64,000 nt of DNA from positions 896,001 through 960,000 of the forward strand of contig CBDCNQ010000004.1 of the NCBI GenBank assembly GCA_965219445.1. Reading direction: 5' to 3'. Positions 1-9,677 of this stretch are shown here, piece after piece (the stretch's first letter is position 1; each line of letters opens with the position of its first letter). The notes beneath the pieces were generated by a model, which searched no databases, had not been told where the DNA came from, and worked only from the letters and a program-made list of their open reading frames with translations. The position numbers were made by a program, and so were the translations under genes. This DNA is from Longimicrobiales bacterium (GTDB taxonomy: Bacteria > Gemmatimonadota > Gemmatimonadetes > Longimicrobiales > Gaopeijiaceae).

Positions 1-1108
1 GTATCGGGCGGAGCACCCCGAGTTGGCCGAGGAGTTCAGCCGGATGATGGCGGGAGAGTTGCCCACAGGCTGGGACGCCGAGATTCCCGGATACGAAAAG
101 GTCGACAAGACCGACGCCACCCGGTCGTGGTCCGGCAAGGTGCTCCAGACGGTCGCGGCGGGCGTACCCAACCTGATCGGTGGCTCCGCCGATCTCGGAC
201 CGTCGAACAAGACCGATATCGACGGCGGTGGGGATCTTTCGGCGGACAACCCGGCTGGCCGCGTGATCCACTTCGGTGTCCGCGAGCATGGCATGGCCGG
301 CGTCATGAACGGCCTTGCGCTCCACGGCGGGATCCACCCGTTCGCCGGGACGTTCCTGATCTTTTCGGACTACATGCGGCCGTCTATCCGCCTGGCAGCC
401 CTCATGGGCCTGCCGGTCACATACGTGTTCACACACGATTCGATCGGGCTCGGCGAGGACGGGCCTACGCACCAACCGATCGAGCAGCTGATGAGCCTCC
501 GGACCATGCCGAATTTGTTGGACTTACGACCGGCCGACGCGGCCGAGACCGCCGTGGCCTGGCGGATCGCGATGGAGCGCAGGGACGGGCCAACCTGGCT
601 GTCCCTTACGCGGCAGGGCGTCCCCCCTCTGGATCGAACCGTGCTCACCCCGGCCGAGGAGGCCCGCAAGGGCGCCTACGTGCTGGCGGAGGCCTCAGAA
701 TCCGCGCCCCAGGTCGTCCTCATCGCGAGCGGTTCCGAAGTCGGGCTGGCCCTGCAGGCCAAGGAGGCCCTGGAAGCCGAGGGGACCGCCACCCGGGTGG
801 TCAGCATGCCGAGTTGGTGGCTCTTCACGCAGCAGGACCCTGCATACCGCGACCTCGTGCTGCCCCCCAAGGTGCCCGCCCGCGTGGCGGTCGAGGCAGG
901 GTCCACGTCCGGATGGGCGCGCTGGGTGGGTGACGCTGGTGCCGTGGTGGGCATCGACCACTTCGGGGCCTCGGCCCCCGCCGAGACGCTCTACGAGCGC
1001 CTTGGTGTGACGCCCGAGAACGTCGTGGCAGCGGCCCGAGCTTCGCTCGAGAAGATGGCTCGCGCAGGCAGCAAGAGCTTCGAGCCCTCTAGAGCGAAGC
1101 GTTCCTAG
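1..1108 (+). CDS. tkt: Transketolase, C-terminal part (5' end outside window)
   Basis: Motifs GGSADL, HFGVREHGM, THDSIGLGEDGPTHQPIEQ, FGASAP. Confidence 0.97.
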   Translation, partial: YRAEHPELAEEFSRMMAGELPTGWDAEIPGYEKVDKTDATRSWSGKVLQTVAAGVPNLIGGSADLGPSNKTDIDGGGDLSADNPAGRVIHFGVREHGMAGVMNGLALHGGIHPFAGTFLIFSDYMRPSIRLAALMGLPVTYVFTHDSIGLGEDGPTHQPIEQLMSLRTMPNLLDLRPADAAETAVAWRIAMERRDGPTWLSLTRQGVPPLDRTVLTPAEEARKGAYVLAEASESAPQVVLIASGSEVGLALQAKEALEAEGTATRVVSMPSWWLFTQQDPAYRDLVLPPKVPARVAVEAGSTSGWARWVGDAGAVVGIDHFGASAPAETLYERLGVTPENVVAAARASLEKMARAGSKSFEPSRAKRS

Positions 1109-1922
1109 CCAGCTCCATGAGATGGGCCTCGGGCACCTCGCCGACGAGTGCCTGCTCGATCTCCGGCGTCGCCCACGTGACGAGCGCCGGCCCACCGGCG
1201 TTGGTGCTCGCGCTCCAAGCGGAGGCGGGCACGGGGTCACGCGGTTGAGTTCCCTCCCGGGGAATCACGTAATGTAGGATTTCCCGCCCGTCCTCGAGGT
1301 ACTGGATCATCGCTCCGCGCCGACCCTCAATGAGACAGATCTCGGCGCTGGTCAGACGGAGCCCGGCAAGCTGTAGCAGGCTGATGGGACGCCCCAGCTC
1401 CCGGGTCAGGAAGTGGCTGACCTCCACGGCATCAGAACTGACGATTCTCTCCTCCGCGACGGCCCGGCGAAGATAGTCCTCCGCAAACAACCCGCCGTCA
1501 CTGGAAGTCTCGCGCAGACTCTGGAGAAAAACGACGGAGCTCCCGGCCATGAGGCCGACGACCGACGCAGCCGCAGCGAGAACCCACCGGCGGGAGACGC
1601 GCCTCGCGGCGGGCGCCTTCACGCCGGCCAGCGCCTCGGTGACCTCATACGCATCGGTGCCCCCTGATGGCCTGAGACCAAGACCCTTCGACCTCTCCCT
1701 AGCGAGTGCATCGAAGACACGTTCGCGAAGGATCTGTGGTGCCCGCTCTTGGCTCGCACAGTCGTACGCCCTGAGCAGGCTGCGGTCCTGAGCAAAGTAG
1801 GACTCGCAGGCTGGACATCCCTGCACGTGCCGACGAGCCTCGAGTACCTCGCCTTCGGCGAGCCGCGGCCGTTCAGGAGGCCAGAGCGTGTGCCTCGCTT
1901 CGGAGCAGTTCATGCCTTCCAT
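1089..1922 (-). CDS. Zinc-finger transmembrane anti-sigma factor
   Basis: N-terminal C...HxxxCxxC (HVQGCPAC), one TM segment (WVLAAAASVVGLMAGSSVVFL), lies directly downstream of a sigma-like gene. Confidence 0.8.
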   Translation of the reverse strand: MEGMNCSEARHTLWPPERPRLAEGEVLEARRHVQGCPACESYFAQDRSLLRAYDCASQERAPQILRERVFDALARERSKGLGLRPSGGTDAYEVTEALAGVKAPAARRVSRRWVLAAAASVVGLMAGSSVVFLQSLRETSSDGGLFAEDYLRRAVAEERIVSSDAVEVSHFLTRELGRPISLLQLAGLRLTSAEICLIEGRRGAMIQYLEDGREILHYVIPREGTQPRDPVPASAWSASTNAGGPALVTWATPEIEQALVGEVPEAHLMELARNASL

Positions 1923-1925
1923 CTC

Positions 1926-2471
1926 CTAATGCCTCCGGTCGCGATCGGTACCATTCCGGTCCGCCGACGTCCGAACGAGCGCCGCTAGCAACACATGCCG
2001 GTACAGAAGTAGATCTTTCAAGCCATCCAAACCCGTGTCCAACACATTCGAGGCCTCGTCGTAAGACCAGCGGCGGAAAAGCACGAGCCAGATCGCCGCT
2101 CGCGCCAACGGAGGCATCCTCGCCGCCGCCCGGAAGAGAGCCTCGCGGTCGATCTCCAATGAACCCGTAGGGGGTTCGGAATTTTCCGAGACATCGTCGG
2201 TCGAGAAATCCCCACCCGAAAAAGCGTCGGTCGACCCATCGTCGGTCGAGTCCGAAACCCCGCGGGCCAGGAAAACCGCGACCAGTCTCCCGTCGAGCCA
2301 GTGCCCCACGCCCCCTCCCTCCTCGATCTGGCGAAACTCCTGAAACGCTCCGGTCAGGGTCCACAGAACGAGATCCTCCGCGGGTGGTTTCTCCCCCGCG
2401 TTGAGAAACAGCGCCCCGCGGTAGAGGCCGTCGATATGCTGGGCCGCAAGTTCTTCCAACGTCTGGTGCAT
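1926..2471 (-). CDS. ECF RNA polymerase sigma factor-like protein (divergent)
   Basis: Region-2-like LYRGALFL...AEDLV...HWL and region-4-like MPPLARAAIWL...WSYDEASNVL; paired with anti-sigma gene. Confidence 0.7.
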   Translation of the reverse strand: MHQTLEELAAQHIDGLYRGALFLNAGEKPPAEDLVLWTLTGAFQEFRQIEEGGGVGHWLDGRLVAVFLARGVSDSTDDGSTDAFSGGDFSTDDVSENSEPPTGSLEIDREALFRAAARMPPLARAAIWLVLFRRWSYDEASNVLDTGLDGLKDLLLYRHVLLAALVRTSADRNGTDRDRRH

Positions 2472-2694
2472 GCGCTTATGCCCCTCCAGCAGCCTTCAGA
2501 AAAGCCAAAGACACCTTCTTTCAAGCTCATCGAAACACGGTGCGCAGATGCAGGAAGCGCCGATCTGTTGCCGAACTCATGCCTCGCACGAACAGTTCCC
2601 CCGCGCGGGCCGCGTCTTTTTGGGTGGAGCCCGTGACACGGACCGTCCAGGAATTGGAGGCCGAGGGGCAGATCGGGGCCAGCCGGTCCGAGCG

Positions 2695-3291
2695 TTAGTC
2701 CGTCAATGCCTTCTCCAACAACGAGCTCGACCTCGACGAAAGCTCCAGGTCGGCGGCCGCCTCGTGGCCACGCTCCGTCATCTTGTTCCACGTCTTGCGG
2801 ATGATGTCGATGGCCTTTTCCTCTCCGATGTCATCACGTTTCAGGAAATCCTCGAGATGATGTTCCAGGAAGACGAGAGCCGCCGCGTCTTCGAGGGTCT
2901 GCACGTCGGCGTCGGTGCGCAGGTTTCGCTTCTGGAGCAAGGTCCTGACGCGCTCGATCGTTCCATCGTCGTAATCCACGGCCCGAAGAAGCTCTGACGC
3001 CGTATCCGCATGGAACGCGTACAGCGTGGTACGCCAACGGAGGTACCCCTTCCGGTCCATCGGATAATCGCTACGCGGAATCTCCCACCTCCGAATGTGT
3101 TGGCTGCGGGCGGCGATGCGCAGTGCTTCGGGTGCGTCAGGATCGAGCACCTCGACCCATCTCTGCATTCTCATGCCGTACAGCAGTTCCTTAGGATGCG
3201 CCACCCCGCCGTCGACCTCGGAATTCGGGTCTTCGCTATTGGCCTCGTCGATGCTCCGGATAGCGCGCTGAAATCGATCTGCGTCCGTCAT
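2695..3291 (-). CDS. DUF4202 domain protein
   Basis: IDEANSEDPN, ELLYGMRM, QHIRRWEIPRSDYP..GYLRWR, QTLEDAAALVFL; start placed at MTDADRF. Confidence 0.85.
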   Translation of the reverse strand: MTDADRFQRAIRSIDEANSEDPNSEVDGGVAHPKELLYGMRMQRWVEVLDPDAPEALRIAARSQHIRRWEIPRSDYPMDRKGYLRWRTTLYAFHADTASELLRAVDYDDGTIERVRTLLQKRNLRTDADVQTLEDAAALVFLEHHLEDFLKRDDIGEEKAIDIIRKTWNKMTERGHEAAADLELSSRSSSLLEKALTD

Positions 3292-3462
3292 GAACTCCAG
3301 GATACAGCCATCCGCCCGGAACGCATAGCCGGGTACATCCCCGACGTGGCTTGCATCCAGCAAAGCGCATATACATGGTAGTGGCGCGACAGAAAAAGGG
3401 TGAGATCGACAGTTCCATCGTCCCGTCAAACGAGCGGACGCAATGTCGAACGAGCGCACGCC

Positions 3463-4494
3463 ATGAAGACACGGAGGGAATTCCTGGCTCGGGCCTCGCA
3501 GGGCCTGTTGGGACTCGGCGCGATCCCAGCCCTGACCGAGGGCAAGTCCACGGCCCGGACCGGCACGTCGTTCACTCAAGTCCGCGGAACCGGGCTGGTT
3601 TATGACGACCGCTACCTCGATCATGTCCTACCACCGACCGGCAGGGTGCCACACCCCGAGCGCCCGCTCCGGTTGCGGAGGATCAATGAGATCTTCGCCG
3701 AACGAGGTCTCGACCGGGAGCTCACGACCATTCCCCTTTCGTCGGATCCCCTCGCCTCCATTCGGCGGCACCACACCCCGGAGCACATCGAGTCCGTCGG
3801 ATCGATCCCCGTCACCGGTCCCGTTGCGGAGCTGACTGTCGCTGGTGCGCTCGGGGGCGTCGACGCCGTGGCAGATGGGGATGTGCGTAACGCATTCTGT
3901 GCCATCCGACCCCCCGGTCACCATGCGAACAACACAGGCCAAGAGGAGGGGTTCTGTTTTTACAGCAACGCCGCAATCGCCGCTCGGTACGCGCAGGACG
4001 TACACGGCTTCGAGAAGATCCTCATCATCGACTGGGACTACCACCACGGGAATGCTACTCAAAACGCGTTTTATACCGATCCCTCTGTACTCTTTTTCTC
4101 AGCCCACGACTTTTTCGCCTACCCGGGCACAGGCCATCCGTCGCTGACGGGGGAGGGGGAGGGCTCGGGGCTCAACATCAATGCGCACCTCGACTGCGGC
4201 TCAAAGGACGCCGACATGCTGAGGCAATGGGACACTCAGCTCCTCCCCGCGGTGAGCCGATTTCGGCCTGATTTCATCATCCTGTCCGCCGGCTTCGACA
4301 GCCGTCGGGACGACCTGCTAGGTTGTTTCGATCTCACCGACGACGTGTTCCGTCGCATGACCCGTATGTCGATGGACCTTGCGGACGACTATTGCGGAGG
4401 GCGAGTCGTCTCGCTGCTCGAAGGCGGATACAACATCGATGGGACCGCACTCGCCGCCGCCGCCCACGTGGAGGCGCTTCTCGAGGGCGCCTGA
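3463..4494 (+). CDS. Histone deacetylase-family (Zn) amidohydrolase with Tat signal peptide
   Basis: HPERP.R, RPPGHHA, GFCFY, DWDYHHGN, SAGFD, LEGGY; N-terminus MKTRREFL. Confidence 0.92.
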   Translation: MKTRREFLARASQGLLGLGAIPALTEGKSTARTGTSFTQVRGTGLVYDDRYLDHVLPPTGRVPHPERPLRLRRINEIFAERGLDRELTTIPLSSDPLASIRRHHTPEHIESVGSIPVTGPVAELTVAGALGGVDAVADGDVRNAFCAIRPPGHHANNTGQEEGFCFYSNAAIAARYAQDVHGFEKILIIDWDYHHGNATQNAFYTDPSVLFFSAHDFFAYPGTGHPSLTGEGEGSGLNINAHLDCGSKDADMLRQWDTQLLPAVSRFRPDFIILSAGFDSRRDDLLGCFDLTDDVFRRMTRMSMDLADDYCGGRVVSLLEGGYNIDGTALAAAAHVEALLEGA

Positions 4495-4546
4495 TCGACG
4501 CCCGACCGAGGCGGAACATAGATCGAAGATCCCGGGCCGAGGTGGT

Positions 4547-5035
4547 TCAGATCACCCGCGGATCCCAGAGCACATCGACAGTCTCGGCAACGACCACCCG
4601 GTCGAACGCCGGATGGTTGGGGTTGATCACGACGTTCCATCCCCAGGGCTGTGCCACGAAGGAGGGCACCAAGACCGCCACCGATTCTTGCGAAGCTACC
4701 CACGCGCTGCCGATCTCACGCGATCGGGCTTCGTCGCGCCAGCGGGGATGTTCCGCAACATCCAGGGTGGTGACGTCCATGTCGTCGGGGATCACGATCC
4801 GCGAGGCCACGCGGTTTCGTGCAAGTCGGCTGCGAACGGCGTACACGAATTGCTCGAGCAAGGCCCCCTCATACGCGCGAGAGGCGTAAACCACCGGGAG
4901 CCCCACCGGATTCCAACGGCCGCCCACCATCGCTGCCCCGACACCATCCAGAGGGTCGTAACGGCGGTGGCTGATCCGGAAGACCTCCAAGGCTAGTGTG
5001 GTGTCGCAATGGCCGAGACACTTCCGGGACTCCAC
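4547..5035 (-). CDS. RES-domain toxin
   Basis: GAAMVGGRWN, VVYAS, LLE, LVPS, NVVINPNHPAF. Confidence 0.9.
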   Translation of the reverse strand: MESRKCLGHCDTTLALEVFRISHRRYDPLDGVGAAMVGGRWNPVGLPVVYASRAYEGALLEQFVYAVRSRLARNRVASRIVIPDDMDVTTLDVAEHPRWRDEARSREIGSAWVASQESVAVLVPSFVAQPWGWNVVINPNHPAFDRVVVAETVDVLWDPRVI

Positions 5036-5036
5036 A

Positions 5037-5489
5037 CTAGACCGGCAAACCCAAATCCATGGCCAAGAGGATGTACTCTACCTGCCGAGCCCCGATCTCG
5101 GAGAGGGCCAGGTCGATGGGCACGGCACCGCCCAACATGGGGTGCGGCGAATTGAGGAATTCCGCCGCGTCCTCGTCGTCCCCCCACACCTCTGCCGCCG
5201 TCGCCAGCAACGAGGCCACACGCACGAGCTGCTCACCCTCCTCAGGCTTGAGCCGATTTCGCCGCTGCAGAGTGGCACGCGAGACGATGGAGTCCACGTA
5301 CTCAGAAGGGCGGCGCACGCCGAACCGCTTCAGCTCCACCTGAAGCTCCTTGACGGCCTCGACCGGGAGCCCCGTCTCCACCGCCTTCCGGACCCTCTCC
5401 AGCCGAGAGGGGCCTGCGTACCCTGGACGAGTCTCCCTGACGACGAGGGCGCCCAGCTCGGCGAGACTCCCCCGTGGGTGGACATTCAT
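5037..5489 (-). CDS. Xre/MbcA/ParS-type antitoxin of RES TA system
   Basis: SRATLQRR..RLKPEEGE, VWGDDEDAAEFLNSPHPMLGGAVPIDLA, GARQVE; immediately upstream of RES gene; start placed at MNVHP. Confidence 0.88.
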   Translation of the reverse strand: MNVHPRGSLAELGALVVRETRPGYAGPSRLERVRKAVETGLPVEAVKELQVELKRFGVRRPSEYVDSIVSRATLQRRNRLKPEEGEQLVRVASLLATAAEVWGDDEDAAEFLNSPHPMLGGAVPIDLALSEIGARQVEYILLAMDLGLPV

Positions 5490-5577
5490 GATACATTTCC
5501 CCTCGAGCTTACAGATATGTTCACGTGCACGTAAATATCCGTCCATTTGAGCAACATAGCAAGCCCGGAGAGACGGC

Positions 5578-6129
5578 ATGCCGGTCGAAAAATCCGCACG
5601 TATCCAAGGTGGCCGAAGGCTCCTGCTGGTGATCGGCGACCTGCTCGGCGAGCCGGTTGACGCCATCGTCAACGCGGCCAACTCAGAGCTCGCCCACGGG
5701 GGGGGCGTCGCGGCCGCCATTTCGGAGGGGGCCGGAGCCGAGCTCGACGATGAGGGCCACATCCACGTACGTGAATACGGGCCGATACCGGTGGGGGAGG
5801 CCGTGGCCACTACGGCCGGCAGGCTGGACTTCAAGGGAGTGATCCACGCCGTCGGGCCCCGTTTCGGCGACGGGAACGAAGAAGAAAAGCTGAGACAAGC
5901 CGTGTCGAACGCCCTGCTCCGGGCCCACGAGCACCGCTGGAGTTCCGTCTCGATGCCCGCAATCAGCTCAGGCATTTTGGGGGTTCCCTTGGAGACGTGT
6001 GCCCGTGCCTACGTCGCGGGCATTCACCGGCACTTCCAAAGCCAGTCGGATTCCTCCGTGGAGGAAGTCCGTGTTTGCCTCTTTCCGGGGCCGCTCGTGG
6101 ATCTGGTGGCTCGCGAGATGGTCGGCTAG
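5578..6129 (+). CDS. Macro domain protein (ADP-ribose/O-acetyl-ADP-ribose hydrolase, YmdB-like)
   Basis: GDL, DAIVNAAN, HGGGVAAAI, VIHAVGP, MPAISSGI. Confidence 0.93.
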   Translation: MPVEKSARIQGGRRLLLVIGDLLGEPVDAIVNAANSELAHGGGVAAAISEGAGAELDDEGHIHVREYGPIPVGEAVATTAGRLDFKGVIHAVGPRFGDGNEEEKLRQAVSNALLRAHEHRWSSVSMPAISSGILGVPLETCARAYVAGIHRHFQSQSDSSVEEVRVCLFPGPLVDLVAREMVG

Positions 6130-6164
6130 GCGTTCAATTGTCAGCGCAAAGGAGTGACCGAGCA

Positions 6165-7209
6165 TTGAGCGACAAAAGCAAGGACCAGAATACGGCCGCT
6201 ACAGCAGGCGCGCTGACCCGCCGAAGCTTGCTTCTCTCCCTTCCGGGGTTGGCCCTCGCTCGGCGTCTGCTTGCCCAGGCTCAAGCCGCTCCCCTTCGTG
6301 TTCGCGGGCTGCACCACGTAACGCTCGCCGTATCGGACCTGGAACGCTCGCTGAACTTCTACCAGGGGCTCTTCGGCATGGCCGTACAGGCTCGCCAGGG
6401 GGGGGAAAATCCTTCTGCGTATCGGCGACGGACCGCACTTCCTTGCGCTCACCGAAGCCGGCTCTGAGGCACCCAGCATCGACCACTTCGGCCTGGCCGT
6501 GGAGAACTTCGATGTCGATCGTGTCGTGCGGACCTTGGCTGGTCACGACGTGACGCCAGGCGGCCGAGGTGAGGGGTTGAGCGGTGGTCCGAGGCGGCTG
6601 CGGGTGACCACCCGGGGAGACACGCCCGAACTCCATATGGGCGATCCCAACGGTCTGGTCGTTCAGTTGCAGGACCCGAGCTACTGCGGCGGAGGCGGGC
6701 CGCTCGGCGATCGCTGCCCAACGGCAGAGCACTGGCCGAAAAGAGGGCCGATCGCGCTCCGTGGCATGAGCCACCTCACGATCAACGTGCCCGACCCCGC
6801 AGGTACGAACGCGTTTTACCAGCAGACGTTCGGGATGGACATCCAGACGTACCAGGCCGCCTCACCCCTGCTCGGTGTCGGGCGTGGCGTGCACTTCCTG
6901 ATGTTCACCCGGGGGGGTGGGGGGGGCACTGGCCCGGCACGCATCAATCATGTGGCCCTGAGCCTTGAGAATTTCGACGTCGAGCACATTCACAGGGCGT
7001 TGGAAGAACACGGCGTTACGCCGCGAGGTACAGGCCCGGGAGCTTCGGGTCCATTACGGCACCGGGTGTCCATGCGCATGCCGAATCGTGGCGGCGCGCC
7101 GGAAGGGACGCCGGAACTCTACTTCAGCGATCCCGACGGCCTGTCGATCCAGCTTCAGGACGTGGCCTACTGTGGTGGTGGGGGATACTTGGGGGGAGTG
7201 TGCCCCTGA
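6165..7209 (+). pseudogene. Tat-exported two-domain VOC/glyoxalase protein, split by a +1 frameshift in a G8 run at 6398-6405 (may be an assembly error)
   Basis: TTG start after AAAGGAG; TRRSLL signal; LHHVTLAVSDLERSLNFYQ; removing one G joins it to KILLRIGDGPHFLAL..IDHFGLAVENF and ORF 6499-7209. Confidence 0.8.
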
Positions 7210-9338
7210 CCACGCTGAAGTCGGCCCTCCTCGTGGGTGTTGTCCTGGTCACGGCCGCCTGTTCGACGGCAGGGCCCGAGGCGGGCGCCGGCTCCGGCGA
7301 CGAAAATCCGTTCTTCAGCGAGAGCACGATGCTGCTCGGGATGCCGGCCTTCGACCGGATCGAAGACCGGCATTTCGCACCCGCCCTCGAGCGAGGCATG
7401 GCCGAACAACGCGCCGAGATCGACAGAATCGCGGAACAGAGTGAGCCGCCGACCCTCGAGAACACCCTGATCGCCATGGAACGCTCGGGCCATCTGCTGC
7501 GGCAGGTCCGCTCCACGTTCTCCAATCTCCGGGGGGCCAACACCAATGACGCCTTGGAGGCCGTTCAAACTGAGATGGCGCCCAAGCTCTCCGCTCACAG
7601 CGACCGGACTCTGCTCAACGGCGAGCTGTTCGAGCGCGTCCGGGCCCTGTACGACCAGCGCCATGACCTGGATCTCGATCCCGAGTCACTGCGGCTCGTA
7701 GAGCGCTACCACACGCGCTTCGTGCGGGCCGGAGCGATGCTGTCGGACGCAGACAAGGAGCGCCTGAGGGCGCTGAACCGCGAGCTTGCGGAGCTCGGCA
7801 CCACCTTCAGTCAGAACGTGCTGAAGGAGGTCAACGATCTGGCCGTGGTCGTGGACAGCCGCCAGGAACTCGGGGGGCTGTCGGACAACGCCATCGCCGT
7901 CGCCCAACAGGCCGCCGCCGCCCGTGGCCTCGAGGGCAGGTACGTCATCGCACTCCGGAACACCAGTGGGCAGCCGCCGCTGGCGTCGCTCGAGGATCGT
8001 GCGTTACGCCAGCGCATCTTGGAGACGTCGCTGTCGCGCGGCAGCCGCGGCGGAGACTTCGACAACCGCGCGATCGTGGCTCGGATGATGAGGGTCCGCG
8101 CCGAGCGGGCACAGCTACTCGAGTATCCCAACCACGCCGCCTACGTCCTGGAGAACCAGACCGCATTGACCAGCGAGGCCGTGAACCAGCGCCTCGCCGA
8201 CCTGGCACCACCCGCGGTCGCGAACGCGGAGCGCGAAGCCATGGACCTGCAGGCCTTGATCGATGCCGAGGGCGGGGACTTCAAGCTGGCTCCTTGGGAC
8301 TGGGCGTACTACACGGAGAAGGTGCGACGGGCCAGGTATGAATTTGATGAATCCCAGCTGCGTCCGTACTTCGAGATCGACAACGTGCTGAAGAATGGCG
8401 TGTTCTTCGCAGCGAACAGACTCTACGGCCTGAGCTTCGAGGAGCGTCCGGACCTGCCGGTCTATCATCCCGACGTGCGGGTGTTCGAGGTCCACGACCA
8501 GGACGGCGAGCTGCTCGCCCTGTACCTGGCCGACCACTATTCACGTCCCTCAAAGCGCGGCGGGGCCTGGGCGAGCTCCTACGTGCGACAGGCGCACCTG
8601 ACCGGCACGCGCCCCGTGTTGGCCAATCACCTGAACGTGCCCAAGCCACCCGAAGGTGAGCCTACGCTACTCACCTTCGACGAGGTGACCACTCTGTTCC
8701 ACGAGTTCGGACACGCCTTGCACGGGATGTTCTCGGACGTGAACTACCCGTTCTTCTCCGGGACGTCGGTGCCGCGGGATTTCGTGGAATTTCCCTCTCA
8801 GGTCAACGAGATGTGGGCGACCTGGCCCGGCGTCTTCGAGAACTACGCCGTGCACCATGAGACGGGCGAAGCGATACCACGAGAGCTGCTGGACAAGGTT
8901 CTGGCCACGCAGTCGTTCAATCAGGGCTTCGCCACCACCGAATACCTGGCCGCTTCCCTGCTCGACATGGCGTGGCACCAACTGACTCCCGACCAGGTTC
9001 CCGACGCCGACGGCTTGATGGCGTTCGAGGCCGCGGCGCTCGAGAGCGCCGGCGTGGCCCTGGACGCGCTCCCGCCGCGCTACCGCACCCCGTACTTCTC
9101 GCACATCATGCGCGGCTACGCGGCCGGGTACTACTCCTACATCTGGAGTGAGGTACTGGACGCCGACGCCGTGGAGTGGTTCAAGGAAAACGGGGGCCTG
9201 ACGCGCGAAAACGGCGACCACTTCCGCAGGGCGCTTCTGTCACGCGGCGGAAGCGTGGACGCCATGACCCTCTATAGAAACTTCCGCGGCACGGATCCCG
9301 ATATCGCGCCGCTTCTGGAGCGCCGGGGGCTGGGATAG
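7200..9338 (+). CDS. dcp: M3 family peptidyl-dipeptidase Dcp (lipoprotein)
   Basis: HEFGHALHGMFS, RDFVEFPSQ, SKRGGAW, YAAGYYSYIWSEVL; lipobox LVTAAC. Confidence 0.93.
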   Translation: MPLTTLKSALLVGVVLVTAACSTAGPEAGAGSGDENPFFSESTMLLGMPAFDRIEDRHFAPALERGMAEQRAEIDRIAEQSEPPTLENTLIAMERSGHLLRQVRSTFSNLRGANTNDALEAVQTEMAPKLSAHSDRTLLNGELFERVRALYDQRHDLDLDPESLRLVERYHTRFVRAGAMLSDADKERLRALNRELAELGTTFSQNVLKEVNDLAVVVDSRQELGGLSDNAIAVAQQAAAARGLEGRYVIALRNTSGQPPLASLEDRALRQRILETSLSRGSRGGDFDNRAIVARMMRVRAERAQLLEYPNHAAYVLENQTALTSEAVNQRLADLAPPAVANAEREAMDLQALIDAEGGDFKLAPWDWAYYTEKVRRARYEFDESQLRPYFEIDNVLKNGVFFAANRLYGLSFEERPDLPVYHPDVRVFEVHDQDGELLALYLADHYSRPSKRGGAWASSYVRQAHLTGTRPVLANHLNVPKPPEGEPTLLTFDEVTTLFHEFGHALHGMFSDVNYPFFSGTSVPRDFVEFPSQVNEMWATWPGVFENYAVHHETGEAIPRELLDKVLATQSFNQGFATTEYLAASLLDMAWHQLTPDQVPDADGLMAFEAAALESAGVALDALPPRYRTPYFSHIMRGYAAGYYSYIWSEVLDADAVEWFKENGGLTRENGDHFRRALLSRGGSVDAMTLYRNFRGTDPDIAPLLERRGLG

Positions 9339-9350
9339 GCGATAACCACC

Positions 9351-9677
9351 ATGATCGATCCCTCACCCCCCGATGTGCTCGAGCAAGCCGCCGAGTGGAA
9401 AGCGCAAGGCTCGGGCGTGGTCCTCGCGACGGTAGTGCGGACGTGGGGCTCTGCTCCCCGACAGGCGGGCAGTCAGATGTGCATCGACGAGCAGGGTCAT
9501 TTCGTCGGCTCGGTGTCGGGCGGATGCGTTGAGGGCGCCGTAATCCAGGAAGCCCAGGAGCTCATGACCCAGGGCGGCACCAAGCTCCTGAAGTTCGGTG
9601 TGACCGACGAGCAGGCTTGGGAAGTAGGGCTCACCTGCGGTGGCGAAGTGGAGATCTACGTCGAGAGGGTGGAGTGA
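9351..9677 (+). CDS. xdhC: XdhC/CoxI family Moco chaperone, N-terminal domain protein
   Basis: LATVVRTWGSAPR, GSVSGGCVEGAV, VGLTCGG. Confidence 0.92.
   Translation: MIDPSPPDVLEQAAEWKAQGSGVVLATVVRTWGSAPRQAGSQMCIDEQGHFVGSVSGGCVEGAVIQEAQELMTQGGTKLLKFGVTDEQAWEVGLTCGGEVEIYVERVE

Noticed and set aside
5037..5975. 312-aa extended antitoxin
   Set aside because: The N-terminal extension is antisense to the macrodomain gene; the real start is likely 5489
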